From the NCBI RefSeq assembly GCF_009914755.1, contig NC_060937.1: a stretch of 64,000 bases of DNA; one strand, 5' to 3'. Shown in pieces: positions 28,006-47,750 of this stretch. Below the pieces are notes generated by a model. The model saw only the letters and a program-made list of their open reading frames with translations, ran no database searches and was not told where the DNA came from. Source of the stretch: the human T2T-CHM13v2.0 reference genome, Homo sapiens. The translations under genes were made by a program, and so were the position numbers. Within the stretch, counting starts at the first letter, position 1. Each line of letters opens with the position of its first letter.

Positions 28006-31000
28006 TCTTTAGTCAAAGCCTGGAGAATAGTTACATCTCCTGGATGATCAGTTCAGAAATATGTCACAATGCCCTCTCCATGCGGAGCCTAGAGAAGATT
28101 TGCATCTTTTGGGTGATCAGTGCAGAGATATTTCACAATGTCCCCTGTTCTAAAAGCCTGGAAATGATTTACATCACCTCGGTGATCAGTGCATAGGTAT
28201 GTCAGAAATCCCCAGTAGGCTGAACCTAGACAAGGGTTACATCACTTAGGTGATCAGTGTAGAGATATGTGAAATTTCCCATGTAGACAGAGCCTAGACA
28301 AGTGTTACATCTCCTAGTGATCTGTGCAGGGATAAGTCGTAAAGCCTCTTGTAGGCAGAGTGTAGACAAGTGTTTCCTCCCTGGGGTGATCAGTGCAGAG
28401 ATATGTCACAAAGCCCCTGTAAGCAGAACCTTCACAAGGGTTACATCACCTGTTTGATCAGTGGAAATATATATCACAAAGCCCCCTGTAGGCAAAGACC
28501 AGACAATTGTTACATCACCTGGGTGAGCAGTGGAGAAATCTGTCACAATGCCCTTGTAGGCAGAGCTTAGACAAGGGTTACATCACCTGGGTGATCAGCG
28601 CAGAGATATGTCAAAACGCTCCTGTAGGCTGAACCTAGACAGGAGTTACATTACCTGTGTGATCAGTGCAGAGATATCTGAGAATTCCCGTGTAGGCAGA
28701 GCCTAGACAAGACTTACATCACCTAGGTTGTCAGTGCAGGTATAAGTCATAAAGCCTCCTGTAGACAGAGCATACACAAGAGTTCCCTCCCCAGGGTGAT
28801 CAGTGAAGAGATGTGTCACAAAGCCCCTGTAGGCAGAGCCTAGACAAGAGTTTCATCACTTCGTTGATCAGTTCAAGATATGTCACAATGTCCATGATGC
28901 CAGATCTAAGACAAGAGTCCATCACCTGGGTGATCAGTGCAGAGATATGTACCAATGTCCCCTGTAGGCAGTGCCTAGACAAGAGTTGCATCACCTCAGA
29001 GATCAGTGCATAGGTATGTCACAAACCCTTCTGAAGACAAAGCCCATACAAGGCTTACATCAACTAGGTGATCAGTGCAGTGATATGTCACAAAAATCCC
29101 TGTAGACAGAGCCTAGAAAAGAGTTACATCACCTGGGTGATCAGTGCAGATATTTGACACAATGCCCCCATAGACAGAACCTAGACAAGGCTTCAATCTC
29201 TTGGGTGATCAATGCAGAGATATGTCACAAAACGCCCTCTAGGCAGAGTATAGAGAAGAGTCCCATGACCTGGGAGATCAGTGCAGAGATATTTCACAAT
29301 ACTCCTGTAGGCAGACAGTGGACAAGAGTTACATAACCTAGGTGATCTGTGCAGAGCTATGTCAAAACGCCCCTGTAGGCAGAGCCTAGATAAATGTTAC
29401 ATCTCCTGGGTGATCAGTGCAGACATACGTCACAATACCCCCTGTAGGTGGAGCCTAGACAAGAGTTACATCACCTGGGTGATCGATGCAGAGATATGTC
29501 ACAAAGCCCCTGTAGGCAGAGCCTAAACAAGCGTTACATCTCCTGGGTGATCAGTGCAGAAATATATCACAAAGCCCCTGTAGGCCGAGCCTAGACAAGA
29601 ATTACATCTCCTGGGTGATCAGTGCAAACATATGTCACAAAGCCCCCTGTGGACAAATCCCAGAAAATTGTTACATCACCTGGGTGATCAGTGGAGTTAT
29701 CTGTCACAATTCCCTTCTAGGCGCAGCTTAGACAAGCGTTACATCACATGAGTGATCAGTGCAGAGATATGTCACTATGACCCCATAGGCAGATCGAAGA
29801 CAAGAGTCCATCACCTGGGTGATCAGTGCAGAGATATGTCATAAATACCACAGTAGGCAAAGCCTAGACAAGTTTTACATCAGCTGGGTGATCATTGCAG
29901 AAATATGTCCCAATGTCCCTCTAGGCAGAGCTTAGACAAGAGTCACATCTCCTGGGTGATCAGTGCAGGGATAAGTCACAATGCCCCAGTAGGCAGAGCC
30001 TAGACAAGAGTTACATAACCCGGGTCAACCGTGCAGAGTGATGTCAAAAGGCCCTCAGTAGGCAGAGCCTAGACAAGAGTTACATAACCCGGGTGATCCG
30101 TGCAGAGTGATGTCACAACGACCTCTGTAGGCAGAGACTAGAAAAGAGTTACATCACCTGGGTGATCAGTGCAGAGATATTTCTCAACGCCCCCTTTGGG
30201 CAGAGGGTAGACAAGAGTTATATCACCTAGGTGATCAGTGCAGAGATTTGTCAAAATTCCCTGTAGGCAGTGCTTATAAACGTGTTACATCACATAAGTG
30301 ATCAGTGCAGAGATATGCCACAAAGCTCCTGTAGGCAGAACTTAGATGAGTTACATCACCTGGGTGATCAGTGCAAAGTTGTGTCACAAAGCCCCCTATA
30401 GGCAAAGCCTAGACAATAGTTACATCACTTGGGTGATCAGTGGCGAGATCTCTCACAATTACCCTGTAGGCAGCAGAGCTTATACAACCGTTACATCATC
30501 TGGGTGATCAGTGCAGAGGTATGTCACAATGCCCCCATAGGCAGATCCAAGACAGGAGTCCATCACCTGGGTGATCAGTGCAGAAATATGTCACAATGCC
30601 CCCTTAGGCAGAGCCTACACAAAAGCCCCATCACCTGGATGATCAGTGCAGGGTTATGTCACAAAGTCCCCTTAGGCAGATTGTAGACAAGAGTTACATC
30701 ACTTGGATGATCAGTGCAGAGATATGTCACAATGCCACTGTAGACAGAGTCTAGACAAGAGTTACATGACCTAGGAGATCAGTGCAGAGATACATCGCAA
30801 TGTCCCTGTAGGCAGAGCCTTGACAAGTGGTACATCACCTGGGTGATCATTGCAGGGATATATCACAAAGCACCCTGTAGGCAGATACTAGAAAAAAGTT
30901 ACAGCACCTGGGTGGTCAGTGCAGAGATATGTCACGATGCCATTGTAGGCAGAGCCTAGGCAAGAGTTAAATGACCTAGGTGATCAGTGCAGAGATACAT

Positions 31001-32294
31001 CACAATGCCCCTGCAGGCAGAGCCTTGACAAGTGGTATATCACCTGGGTGATCATTGCAGGGATATGTCACAAAGCACCCTGTGGGCAGATCCTAGAGAA
31101 GAGTTATATCACCTGGGTGATCAGTGCAGAGATATGTCACAAGAACCCTGTAGGCAGAGCCTAGACAAGTGTTATATCACCTGGGTGATCAGTGCAGTGA
31201 TATGTCACAATGCCGTGTAGCCAGAGCCTAGACTAAAGTTACAGCACCTAGGAGATCAGTGCAGAGATATGTCACAATGTCCCCAGTAGGCAGAGACCAG
31301 GCAAGAGTTGGATCACCTCGGGATCGGTGCAGAGATATGTCTCAATCCCCCTGTGGGCACAGCCTAGACAAGAGTTACATCACCTCAGTGAACAGTGCAG
31401 AGATCTGTCAGGATGCCCCTGTAGGCAGAGCCTACACAAGTGTTACATCACTTTGGTGATCAGTGCAGAGATATGTCACGATACCCCCTGTAAGTAGAGA
31501 CTACACAAGAGTTACATCACCTGGGTGGTCAGTGCAGAGATATGTGGCAACGCCCCTTTAAGCAGAGCCTAGACAATAGTTACATCACCTGAGTGATCAG
31601 TGCAGAGATCTGTCACAATGCCCTTTTAGGCAGAGCTTAGACCAGAGTTACATCACCTGGGTGATCAGTACAGAGACATGTTACAATGCCCCCATAGGCA
31701 AATCCTAGACAAGAGTCCGTCACCTGGGTGATCAGTGTAGAAATATGTGACAATGCCCAAGGAGGCAGAGCCTAGAAAAGAGTCCCATCACCTGGGTGAT
31801 CAGTGCAGAGATATTTCACAATGCTCCTGCAGGCAGAGCATAAGCAAGAGTTACATCACATAGATGATCAGTGCAGAGATTTATCACAAGGCCCCCTATA
31901 GTCAGAGGCTCGACAAGAGTTACGTCACCTCGGTTATCAATGCAGTGATATGTCACTATGCCTCATAGGCAGAGCCTAGTCAAGCGTTACATCACCTGGG
32001 TGATCAGTGCAGAGATATGTCACAAAGCCCCCATACACAGCGCCTAGACAAGTGTCCCATCACCTGGGTGATCAGTGCAGAAATATGTCACAATGCCCCC
32101 ATAGGCAGATCCAACACAAGAGTTACATCACCTGGGTGATCAGTGTAGAGATATGTCACAATGCCCCCATAGGCAGAGCCTAGACAAAAGTCCCATCACC
32201 TGGATGATCAGTGCAGAGATATCTTCCAAAGCCCCTGAAGGCAGAGCCTAGAGAAAAGTAACATCACTTTGTTGATCAGTTCAGAGATGTGTCA
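28006..32294. repeat. Beta-satellite array, block 2
   Basis: Same 68-bp monomer. The first ~1.1 kb is colinear with 13579-14690 (e.g. translated MFPPWGD motif at 13943 and 28370). Confidence 0.97.
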
Positions 32295-33020
32295 TGCTGA
32301 CTGTTTGCTCCCGGAGCTCTGCGGGCACCCGGAAACATGCAGGCAAGGTGGAAGACTGGCATTGTGCCTTCGCTCTCCTTGCCAGTTTACAAAACTGCCA
32401 CACCGAAGACTCCCCATGTTGCCGCACACGGGAATCCATCATCAGTCCATCACGCTGGGGAGGCATCTTCTCTCTGGGGTCTCGCTCTGGTCTCCTACGT
32501 GGAAATGAACGAGAGCCACACGCCTGCCCCTGTGACACTGTCCCAGCAACGGCGACACCCACAGGCACTGCCACCTTCACGGAGAGAGGGCCTGGAACAC
32601 AGCAGACTCCCACGGAGATTCAGTCCCACACTCCCCTCCACCCTCCCAGGCCGGTTTCTCCCTGCTGAAGACGAGTGGGAGCCCAGAGAGCAGCTTCCAG
32701 TTCCCGCCTGATTCCTGGAGAGGTCGGCAGAGCCAGCCCCGGAAACGCGCCCCTCTCACCACTTCCCCCTCGCCCCCTTCATCTTCGTATCTCCAGCCCC
32801 ACCACCGCCATCACCACACCCTCCCCCCCAATACAACCACCCCACCGCCCCAGGCCTCGACGCCCTGGGACCCTTCCGGGGTGGGGCGTGCTGTCCCAGG
32901 GCTCACCGCCATTCATGAAGGGGTGGAGCCTGCCTGCCTGCAGGCCTTCATAATAGCCGCTGGCTGGCTGTCCGGGCAGGCCTCCTGGCTGCACCTGCCG
33001 CAGTCCACAGGCTGGATGAG
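32293..33020 (+). repeat. D4Z4/LSau fragment, promoter region only, truncated before the DUX4 ATG (copy C)
   Basis: Colinear with 25237-25965; ends at cagtccacaggctggatgag and switches to beta-satellite (atatttcacaaagcc). Confidence 0.93.
32875..32955 (+). promoter_or_regulatory. DUX4-type promoter homolog with well-preserved DBE-like element and CATAA box
   Basis: ctcaccgccattcatgaaggggtggagcctgcctgcctg at 32902-32940; CATAA at 32949-32953. Confidence 0.55.
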
Positions 33021-34777
33021 ATATTTCACAAAGCCTTCTGTAGGCAAAGCCCATACAAGGCTTACATCACCTAGGTGATCAGTGCAGTGATATATCAAAA
33101 AAATCCCTGTAGACAGAGCCTAGAAAAGAGGTACATCACCTGGGTGATCAGTGCAGATATTTGACACAATGCCCCCATAGACAGAGCCAAGACAAGACTT
33201 CCATCACCTTCGTGATCAGTGCAGAGATATATCAAATATCCCCCTCTAGGCAGAGTGTAGAGAAGAGTCCCATCACCTGGGTGATCAGTGCAGAGATATG
33301 TGAGAATTCCCGTGTAGGCACAGCCTAGACAAGTGTTACATCACCTAGGTTATCAGTGCAGGTATAAGTCGTAAAGCCTCCTGTAGGCAGAGCATAGACA
33401 AGAGTTCCCTCCCCAGGGTGATCAGTGCAGAGATGTGTCACAAAGCCCCTGTAGGCAGAACCTAGACAAGAGTTACATCACCTGGGTGATCAGTGCAGAG
33501 ATATGTCCCAATGCCACTGTAGGCAGAGCCTAGAGAAGAGTTACATGACCTAGGAGATCAATGCAGAGATACATCGCAATGCCCCTGTAGGCAGAGCCTT
33601 GACAGGTGGTATATCACCTGGGTGACCATTGCAGGTATATGTCACAAAGCACCCTGTAGGCAGATCCTAGAGAAGAGTTGTATCACCTGGGTGATCAGTG
33701 CAGTGATATGTCACAAGCACCTTTAGGCAGAGCCTAGACAAGAGTTATATCACCTGGGTGATCAGTGCAGTGATATGACACAATGCTGTGTAGCCAGAGC
33801 CTAGACTAAAGTTACAGCACCTGGGAGATCAGTGCAGAGATATGTCACAATGTCCCCAGTAGGCAGAGAACAGGCAAGAGTTGGATCACCTCGGGATCAG
33901 TGCAGAGATATGTCTCAATCCCCTTGTGGGCACAGCCTAGACAAGAGTTAAATCACCTCGGTTAACAGTGCAGAGATATGTCAAAATGCCCCTGTAGGCA
34001 GAGCCTACACAAGTGTTACATCACCTGGGTGATCAATGCAGAGATATGTGACAAGGCCCCTTTAAGCAGAACCTAGACAATAGTTACATCACCTGGGTGA
34101 TCAGTGCAGAGATCTGTCACAATGCCCCTTTAGGCAGAACTTAGACCAGAGTTACATCATTTGGGTGATCAGTGCAGTGATATGCCACAATACCCCCATA
34201 GGCAAATCCAAGACAAGAGTCCATCACCTGTCACAATTCCCCCAGGTGGCAGAGCCTAGAGAAGAGTCCCATCACCGGGGTGACCAGTGCAGAGATATTT
34301 CACAATGCCCCTGTAGGCAGAGTGTAAGCAAGAGTTACATCACCTAGATGATCAGTGCACAGATATGTCACAAGGCCCCCTATAGGCAGAGCCTGCACAA
34401 GAGTTACATCACCTCGGTGATAAATGCAGTGATATGTCACTATGCCCGTAGGCAGAGCCTAGTCAAGCACTAAATCAAATGGGTGATCAGTGCAGAGATA
34501 TGTCACAAAGCCCCCATACACAGAGCCTAGACAAGAGTCCCATCACCTGGGTGATCAGTGCAGAAATATGTCACAATGCCCCCATAGGCAGATCCAACAC
34601 AAGAGTTACATCACCTGGGTGATCAGTGTAGAGATATGTCACAATGCCCGCATAGGCAGAGCCTAGACAAATATCCCGTCACCTGGGTGATCAGTGCAGA
34701 GATATGTCACAAAGCCCCTGTAGGTAGAGACTAGACAAGTGTTACGTCACTTTGTTGATCAGTTCCGAGATGTGTCA
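33018..34777. repeat. Beta-satellite array, block 3
   Basis: 68-bp monomers as above. Confidence 0.96.
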
Positions 34778-35152
34778 TGCTGACTGTTTGCTCCTGGAGC
34801 TCTGCGGGCACCCGGAAATATGCAGGGAAGAGTGGAAGTCCGGCATGGTGCCTTCGGTCTCCTTGCCAGTTACCAAACCGGCCACTCTGCAGACTCCCCA
34901 TGTGGCCGCACATGGGAATCCATCGTCAGGCCATCACGCCGGGGAGGCATCTTCTGTCTGGGGTTTCGCTCTGGTCTTCTACGTGGAAGCGAATGAGAGC
35001 CACACGCCTGCACGTGTGAGACTGTCCCGGCAACGGCGACACCCACAGGCATTGCCTCCTTCACGGAGAGAGGGCCTGAAACACTCCAGACTCCCATGGA
35101 GGTTAAGTTCCACACTCTCCTCCACACTCCCAGGCTGGTTTCTCCCTGCTGA

Positions 35153-40113
<4,961 letters not shown>

Positions 40114-40116
<3 letters not shown>

Positions 40117-43100
40117 CACTACAGCCTGTGTGACAGAGGGAGACCCTGTTGAAAGAAAGGAGTGGAATGGAAGGGATTGGAATGGAATGGAATGGATTGG
40201 AATGCAGTGGAGTGGAATTGAGTGTAGTGGAGTGGAGTGCAGTGGAATGGAATGGAATGGAATAGTGAAATGAAAAGTGAGCTGAGATTGTGCCACTGCA
40301 CACCAGCCTTGGTGACAGAGTGAGATACTGTCAAAAGAAAGTACTGGAATGGAATGGAGTGGAATGGAATGGAATGGAGTGGAATGGAATGTAATGGAGT
40401 TGAGAGCAGTGGAGTGGAGTAGAAAGGAGTGGAATGGAATGGGATGGAAAGAAAAGGACTGGAGTGGATTGGGCTGGGTTGGAGTGGAGTGGAATGGATT
40501 GGAGTGGAGTGGAGTGGAATTTAATGGAGTAGAATACAATGGAATGGTGAAATGAAATGTGAGCTGAGATTCTGCCACTGCGCTCCAGGCTGGGTGACAG
40601 AGTGAGATACTCTCGAAAGAAAGGAATGGAATTGAATGCAGTCGAATGGAATGGAATGGATTGGAGTGGAGTGGAGTGGAGTGGAGTGGAGTGAAATAGA
40701 GAGGAATGGAATGGGATGGAATGGAATGTAAAGGAATGGTGAAAATAAATGTGAGCTAAGATTGTGCCACTGCACTGCAGCCTCTGTGACAGAGTGAGAT
40801 CCTTTGGAAAGAAAGGAAAGGAATGGTATGGAATGGAATGGAGTGGAGTGGAGTGGAGTGGCGTGGAATGGAATGGAATGGAATGGAATGGAATGGAATG
40901 GAATGGAATGGAATGGAATGGAGTGGAATGTAATGGAATGGACTGGAATGGAATACAATGGAATGCAATGGAATAGAATGCAGTGAAATGGAATGTTGAC
41001 ATGTAATGTGAACAGAGATTGTGCCACTGCACTCCAGCCTGGGTGACACAGTGATATCCTGTCGAAAGAAAGGAATGGAATGCAATGGAGTGAAACGGAA
41101 TGGAATGGAATGGAGTGGAGAGGAGTGGAGTGGAGTGGAGTAAAGTGGAGTGGAGTGGAAGGCAATGGATTGGAATAGGGTGGAGAGGAATGGAATGGAG
41201 TGGAATGGAATGGGAGGGAACGGAGTGGAGTGGAGTGGAGTGGAATGAAGAGTAACGGAGTGGAGTGGAGTGGAATGCAATCGAATGGAATGTAATTGAA
41301 AGGAATGAAATGGAGTGGAATGGAATGAAATGGAATGGAGTGGAGTGGAATGGAGTGGAGTGGAATGGAGTGGAGTGGAGAGGAATGGAGTGGATAGGAG
41401 TGGAATGGAGTGGAGTGGAGTGGAATGGAATGGAGAGGAATTGAACGGAATAGAGTGGAATGGAGTGGAAAAGAGTGGAATGGAATGTAGTGGAATGAAA
41501 TGGAGTGGAGTGGACTGGAGTATAGTGTAATGGAATGCAGTGGAATGCAATGTAGTGTAATAGAATGGAATGGAATGGAACGGAATGGAATGGAATGGAA
41601 TGAAATGGTGAAAAGAAATGTGTGCTGAGACTGTGCAAATGCACTACAGCCCGTGTGACAGAGGGAGATCCTGTCGAAAGAAAGGCGTGGAATGGAAGGG
41701 ATTGGAATGGAATGAATTGGACTGGAGTGGAGTCGAATTGAGTGGAGTGGAGTGGAGTGGAGTGCAGTGGAATAGAATGGAATGGAATGGAATGCTGAAG
41801 TGAAATGTGAGATGAGACTGTGCCACTGCACACCAGCCTGGGTGACAGAGTGAGATTCTGTCAAAAGAAAGGAATGGAATGGAATGGAGTGGAATGGAAT
41901 GGAGTGGAGTGGAGTGGAGTGGAGTGGAAAGGAGTGGAATGGCGTGGGATGGAATGGAGTGGAGTGGAGTAGACTGGAATGGAGTGGAGTGGAGTGGAGT
42001 GGAATGGATTGGAGAGGAGTGGAGAAGAGTGGAGTGGAGTCGAATGGAATGGAATGGAATGAAATCGTGAAATGAAATGTGACCCGAGATTTTGTCACTG
42101 CGCTCCAGGCTGGGTGACAGAGTGAGATTCTTTCAAAAGAAAGCAATAGAATGGAATGCAGTGGAATGGAATGGAGTGGAATGGAGTGGGGTGAAGTGGA
42201 GTGGACTGGAATGGGATGGAATGGAGTGGAATGAAATGGAGATGAGTGGGGTGGAGGGGATTGCAGTGGAATGGAGCAGAATGGAATGGGATGGAATGGA
42301 ATGGAGTGGAGTGCAGTCGAGAGGAGAGGAGTGGAATGGAGTGGAATGGCATCGGATATAATGGAATTAAGTGGAGTGGAGTGGAGTGGAATGGAGTGGT
42401 ATGGAATGGAATTGAATGGAATGGAATGGAATGGTGAAATGAAATGTGATCTAAGATTGTGCCACTGAACTCCAGTCTGGTTGACAGAGTGAGATCTAGT
42501 AGAAATAAAGGAATGGAATGGAATGGAGTAGAATGGAATGGAATGGAGTGCAGTGCAGTGGAATGGAGTAGAGTGGAATGGAGTTGAGTGGAAGGGAGTG
42601 GAATGGAATGGCATGGAATGGAGTGGAATGGAATTGAATGGAGTTGAACGGAATGGAATAGAATGAAATGGAATGCAGTGAAATGAACTGGACTAGAATT
42701 GAATGGATTGGAGTGGAGTGGAGTGGAATCGAGTGGAGTGCTATGGAATGGAATGGAGTGGAGTGGGGTGGAGTGGAATGGAAAGGAGTGGAGTGGAATG
42801 GAGTGGAGTGGAATGGAATGGGAAGGAGTGGAGTGGAATGGAATGGCATGGAATGGAGTGGAATGGAATGGAGTGGAGTGGAGAGGAGTAGAATTGAATG
42901 GACTGGAGCGGAATGGAGTGGAGTAGAATGGAATGGAAAGGGAAGGAATGGAATGGAATGGAATGGAATAGAGTACAATGGAATGGAATGGAGTGGAATG
43001 GAATGGAGTGGGGTGGAGTGGAGTGCAGTGGAGTGGAATGGAGTGAAATGCAGTGGAGTGGAATGGGGTGGAATGGAGTGGGGTGGAGTGGAGTGCAGTG

Positions 43101-46100
43101 GAGTGGAATGGAGTGAAATGGAGTGAAATGCAGTGGAGTGGAATGGGGTGGAATGGAGTGGAGTCCAGTGGAATGGTATGGAATGGAATGGAATGGAGTG
43201 AAGTGGAATGGAGTGGAACGGAATGGAGTGGAGTGGAGTGGAGTGGAATGAAATAGAGTGGAATGGAATGGGATGGAATGGAATGCAAAGGAATGGTGAA
43301 AAGAAATGTGAGCTGAGATTGTGATACTGCACTCCAGCTTTTGTGACAGAATGAGATCCTGTGGAAAGAAAGGAATGGAATGGAATGGAGTGGAATGTAA
43401 TGCAGAAGAGGAGAGTGGAGTGGAGTGGAATGTAATGCAGTGGAGGGGAGTGGAGTGGAGTGCAGAGGAGTGGAGTGGAATGGAGTGTAGTGAAGGGGAG
43501 TGGAATTGAGTGGAGTGGAGTGGAATAGAGTGGAATGGAATGGAGTGGAGTGGAGTGGAATGGAGTGGCATGGAGTGGAAAGGAGTGGAATGGATTGGAG
43601 TGGAATGGAGAGGAGTGGAGTGGAGTGGAGTAGAGTGGAATGGAATGGAGTGGAGTGGAGTGGAAAGGAGTGGCATGGAGTGGAATGGAGTGGAGTGGAG
43701 TGGAGTGGAATGGAGTGGAGTGGAGTGCAGTGGAAGGGATTGGAATGGAAAGGAATAGAGTGGAATGGAATGGAATGATATGGTGAAAAGAAATGTGTGC
43801 TGAGATTGTGCCACTGTGCTACAGCCTGTGTGACACAGGGAGATCCTGTCAAAAGAAAGGAGTGGAATGTAAGGGATTGGCATGGAATGGAATGGATTGG
43901 AGTGGAGTGGAATGGAATTGAGTGGAGTGGAGTGGAGTGCACTGGAATGGAATGGACTGGAGTGGAATGGTGAAATGAAATATGAGCTGAGATTGTGCCA
44001 GTGCACACCAGCCTGGGTGACAGAGTGAGACCCCATCAAAACAATGGAATAGAATGGAGTGGAATGGAATGGAGTGGATTGGAGGGGAGTGGAGTTGAAA
44101 GGAGTGGAATGGAAAGGAGTGGAATGGAAAGGAGTGGAGTGGAATGCATTGGAGTGGAGTGGAGCTGAATTGAATGGAATAGAATAGAATGGAAAGGAAT
44201 GGTGAAATGAAATGTGTGCTGAGATTGTGCCACTAGACTCCGGGCTGGGTGACAGAGTGAGATACTCTCAAAAGAAAGGAATGGAATGGAATGCAGTGTA
44301 ATGGAATGGAATGGAATGGAATGGAATGGAATGGAATGGAATGGAATAGAATGGAATGAAATGGAAAGGAATGGAATGGAGTGAACTGGAGAGGAGTGGA
44401 TTGGAGAGAAGTGGGGTGGAGTGGAATGGAGGGGAATGGAATGGGATGGAATGGAATGGAATGAAGTGGAGTGGAGTGGGGTGGAGGGAAGTGCAGTGGA
44501 ATGGAGCGGAATGGATTGGGATGGAATGGAATGCAGTGGAGTGGAGTGTAGTTGAGTGGAGAGGAGTGGAATGTAGTGGAATGGAATCGGATGTAATGGA
44601 ATGTAGAGGAGTGGAGTGGAGTGGAGTTGAACGGAGTGGAATGGAAGGGAAAGGAATGGAATGGAATGGATGTAAAGGAAAGGAATGGAATGCAATTTAA
44701 TGTAATGGAATAGAATGCAATGAAATGGAAAGTTGACATGTAATATGAGCTGAGATAGTGCCACTGCACTCAAGCCTGGGTGACACAGTGACATACAGTG
44801 GAAAGGAAGCTATGGAATGCAATGGAGTGAAATGTTATGGAATTGAATGGAATTGAGAGGAGGGGAATGGAGTTTAGTGCAATGGAGTCAACTGGAATGG
44901 GATGGAGTGGAATGGAGTGGAGTGGAGTGAAATAGAGAGGAATGGAATGGGATGGAATGGAATGGAATGGAATGGTGAAAAGAAATGTGAGCTGAGATTG
45001 TGCCACTGCACTCCAGCCTCTGTGACAGAGTGAGATCCTTTGGAAAGAAAGGAAAGGAATGGTATGGAATGGAATGGAATGGAATGGAGTGGAGTGGAGA
45101 GGAGTGGAGTGGAGAGGAGTGGAGTGGAATGGATTGGAGTGGAATGGAATGGAGTGGAGTGGAATGGAATGGAGTGGAATGGAATGGAATGGAGTGGAGT
45201 GGAATGGAATGGAATGGAGTGGAATGGAATGGAATGGAGTGGAATGGAATGTAATGGAGTGGGATGGAATGCAATGGAAATGAATGCAATGGAATGAAAC
45301 GGAATGGAACGGAATGGAATGGAATGGTGAAAAGAAATGTGTGCTGAGATTGTGCCACTGCGCTACACCCTGTGTGAGAGAGGGAGATCTTGTCAAAAGA
45401 AAGTAGTGGAATGGAAGGGATTGGAATTGCACGGAATGGAATAGGTTGGAGTGGAGTGGAGTGGAATTCAGTGGATAGGAGTGGAGTGCAGTGGAATGGA
45501 AAGGAATGGAATGGTGAAATGAAAAATGGCTTGAGATTGTGCCACTGCACTCCTGCCTGAGTGACAGAGTGAGATCCTCTCAAATGAAAGGAATGCAATC
45601 TAATGGAGTGGAATGCAATAGAATGGAGTGGAGTAGAGTGGATTGGAGAGGAAAGGAGTGCAATGGAATGGGATGGAAAGGAAAGGAGTGGAGTGGAATG
45701 GAATGGAATGGAGTGGAGTGAAGTGGAATGGATTGCAATGGAGTGGAGTGGAGTAGAGCAGAATGGAACTGAATGGAACGGAATTGAATGGAATGGTGAA
45801 ATTAAATGTCAGCTGAGATTGTGCCACTGCTCTCCGGGCTGGGTGATGGAGTGAGATACTCTCGAAAGAAAGGAATGGAATGGAATGCAATGCAGTGGAA
45901 TGGAATGGAATGGAATGGAATGGAATGGAGTGGACTGGAGTGGATTGGAGTGGAGTGAAGTGGAGTGGAGTGGAATGGAGAGGAATGCAATGGGATGGAA
46001 TGGAATGGAATGAAGTGGAGTGGAGTGGGGAGGAGCGGAGTCCAGTGGAATGGAGCAGAATGGAATTGGATGGAGTGGAATGGAGTGGTGTAGAGAGAAG

Positions 46101-47410
46101 GGGAGTGGAGAGGAGTGGAATGGAGTGGAATGGAATTGGATGTGACGGAATGCAGTGGAGTGGAGTGGTGTGGAATGGGATGGAATGTTGTGGAGTGGAG
46201 TGGAGTGGAACGGAATGGAATGGAATAGAATGGAATACAATGGAATTCAATGGAATGCAATGGAATAGAATGCAATGAAATGGAATGTTGTCATGCAATG
46301 TGAGCAGAGACTGTGCCACTGCTCTCCAGCCTGAGTGACACAGTGATATAGTGTCGAAAGAAAGGAATGGAATGCAATGGAGTGAAATGGAATGGAATGA
46401 AAAGGAGAGCAGTGAAGTGGAGTGGAGTGGAGCGGAGTGGAGTGGAGTGGACTGCAATGGAATGGAATGGAGTGGAGTGGAATGGAATGGTAAGGAATGG
46501 AATGGAAAGGAATTGAGTGGAGTGGAATGGAAGGGAGAGGAATTGAGTGGAGTGGAGTGGAATGCAATCGAATGGAATGTAATGGAAGGGAATGGAATGG
46601 AGTGGAAAGGAATGGAATGGAGTGGAATGGAATGAAATGGAATGGAGTGGAGTGGAATGGAGTGAAGTGGAGTGGAATGGAGTGGACAGGAGTGGAGTGG
46701 AATGGAATGGAGTGGAATGAAATGGAATGGAGTGGAATGGAGTGGAAAAGAGTGGAATGGAATGTGGTGGAATGAAATGGAGTGGAGTGGACTGGAGTAG
46801 ATTGAAATGGAATGCAGAGGAATGGAATGAAGTGGAATGGAATGGAATGGAATGGAATGGAATGAAATGGTGAAAAGGAATGAGTGCTGAGATTGTGCCA
46901 CGTGCTACAGCCTGTGTGACACAGGGAGATCCTGTCGAAAGAAAGGAGTGGAATGGAAGAGATTGGAATGGAATGGAGTGGAATGGATTGGAGTGGAGTG
47001 GAGTAGAATTCAGTGGAGTGGAGTGCAGTGGAATAGAATGGAATGGAATGAAATGCTGAAGTAAAACGTGAGATGAGATTGTGCCACTGCACACAGCCTT
47101 GGTGACAGAGTGAGATCCTGTCAAAAGAAAGGAATGGAAAGGAAACGAGTGGAATGGAATGGAATGGAGTGGAATGGAATGGAGTGGGGTGGATTGGAGT
47201 GGAGTGGAAAGGAGTGGAATGAAATGGGATGGAATGGAAAGGAGTGGAGCGGAATGGACTGGAGTGGAGTGGAGTGGAATGGATTGGAGTGGAGTGGAGT
47301 AGAGTGGAATAGAGTGGAATGGAATGCAATGGAATGGTGAAATGAAATGTGAGCTGAGATTCTGCCACTGCACTGCAGGCTGGGTGATAGAGTGAGATAC
47401 TTTCGAAAGA
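40114..47410 (+). mobile_element. 22 tandemly amplified Alu right-arm 3' terminal fragments (~55-60 bp each, non-mobile relics)
   Basis: Approximate starts: 40114 (partial), 40277, 40559, 40751, 41008, 41620, 41807, 42079, 42446, 43308, 43795, 43982, 44214, 44745, 44987, 45339, 45526, 45808, 46300, 46882, 47068, 47349. They match the Alu end GTGAGCCGAGATCGCGCCACTGCACTCCAGCCTGGGCGACAGAGCGAGAC with CpG>TpG decay. Minus-strand ORFs show the antisense-Alu peptide SHSVTQAGVQW. Confidence 0.9.
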
Positions 47411-47750
47411 AAGGAATAGAACAGAATGCAGTGGAATGGAATGGAATGGAATGGAGTGGACTGAAGTGGAGAGGAGTGGGGTGAATTAGAGTTGACTGGA
47501 ATGGAGACAAATGGAATGAGATGGAACGGAATGCAATGGAATGGAATGAAGTGGAGATGAGTTGTGTGGAGAAGATTGTCGTTGAATGGAGCAGAATGGA
47601 AGGGGATGGAGTGGAATGGAGTGCTGTGGAGTGCAGTGCAGAGGAGAGGAGTGCAATGGCATGGAATGGAGTTGGATACAATGGAATTTAGTGTAGTGGA
47701 GCAGAGTAAAGTAGAACGGAGTGGTATGGAATGGAGTGGAATAGAATAGA
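40114..47750 (+). repeat. Composite satellite: GGAAT/GGAGT pentamer tracts (HSat3-like) alternating with Alu 3'-end fragments
   Basis: Repeating module tggtgaaatgaaat + gtgagctgagattgtgccactgcactccagcctgggtgacagagtgagat..tc + aaagaaag + (GGAAT/GGAGT)n. The right boundary is approximate (loss of GGAGT, gain of GGACT-CGAAT). Confidence 0.9.
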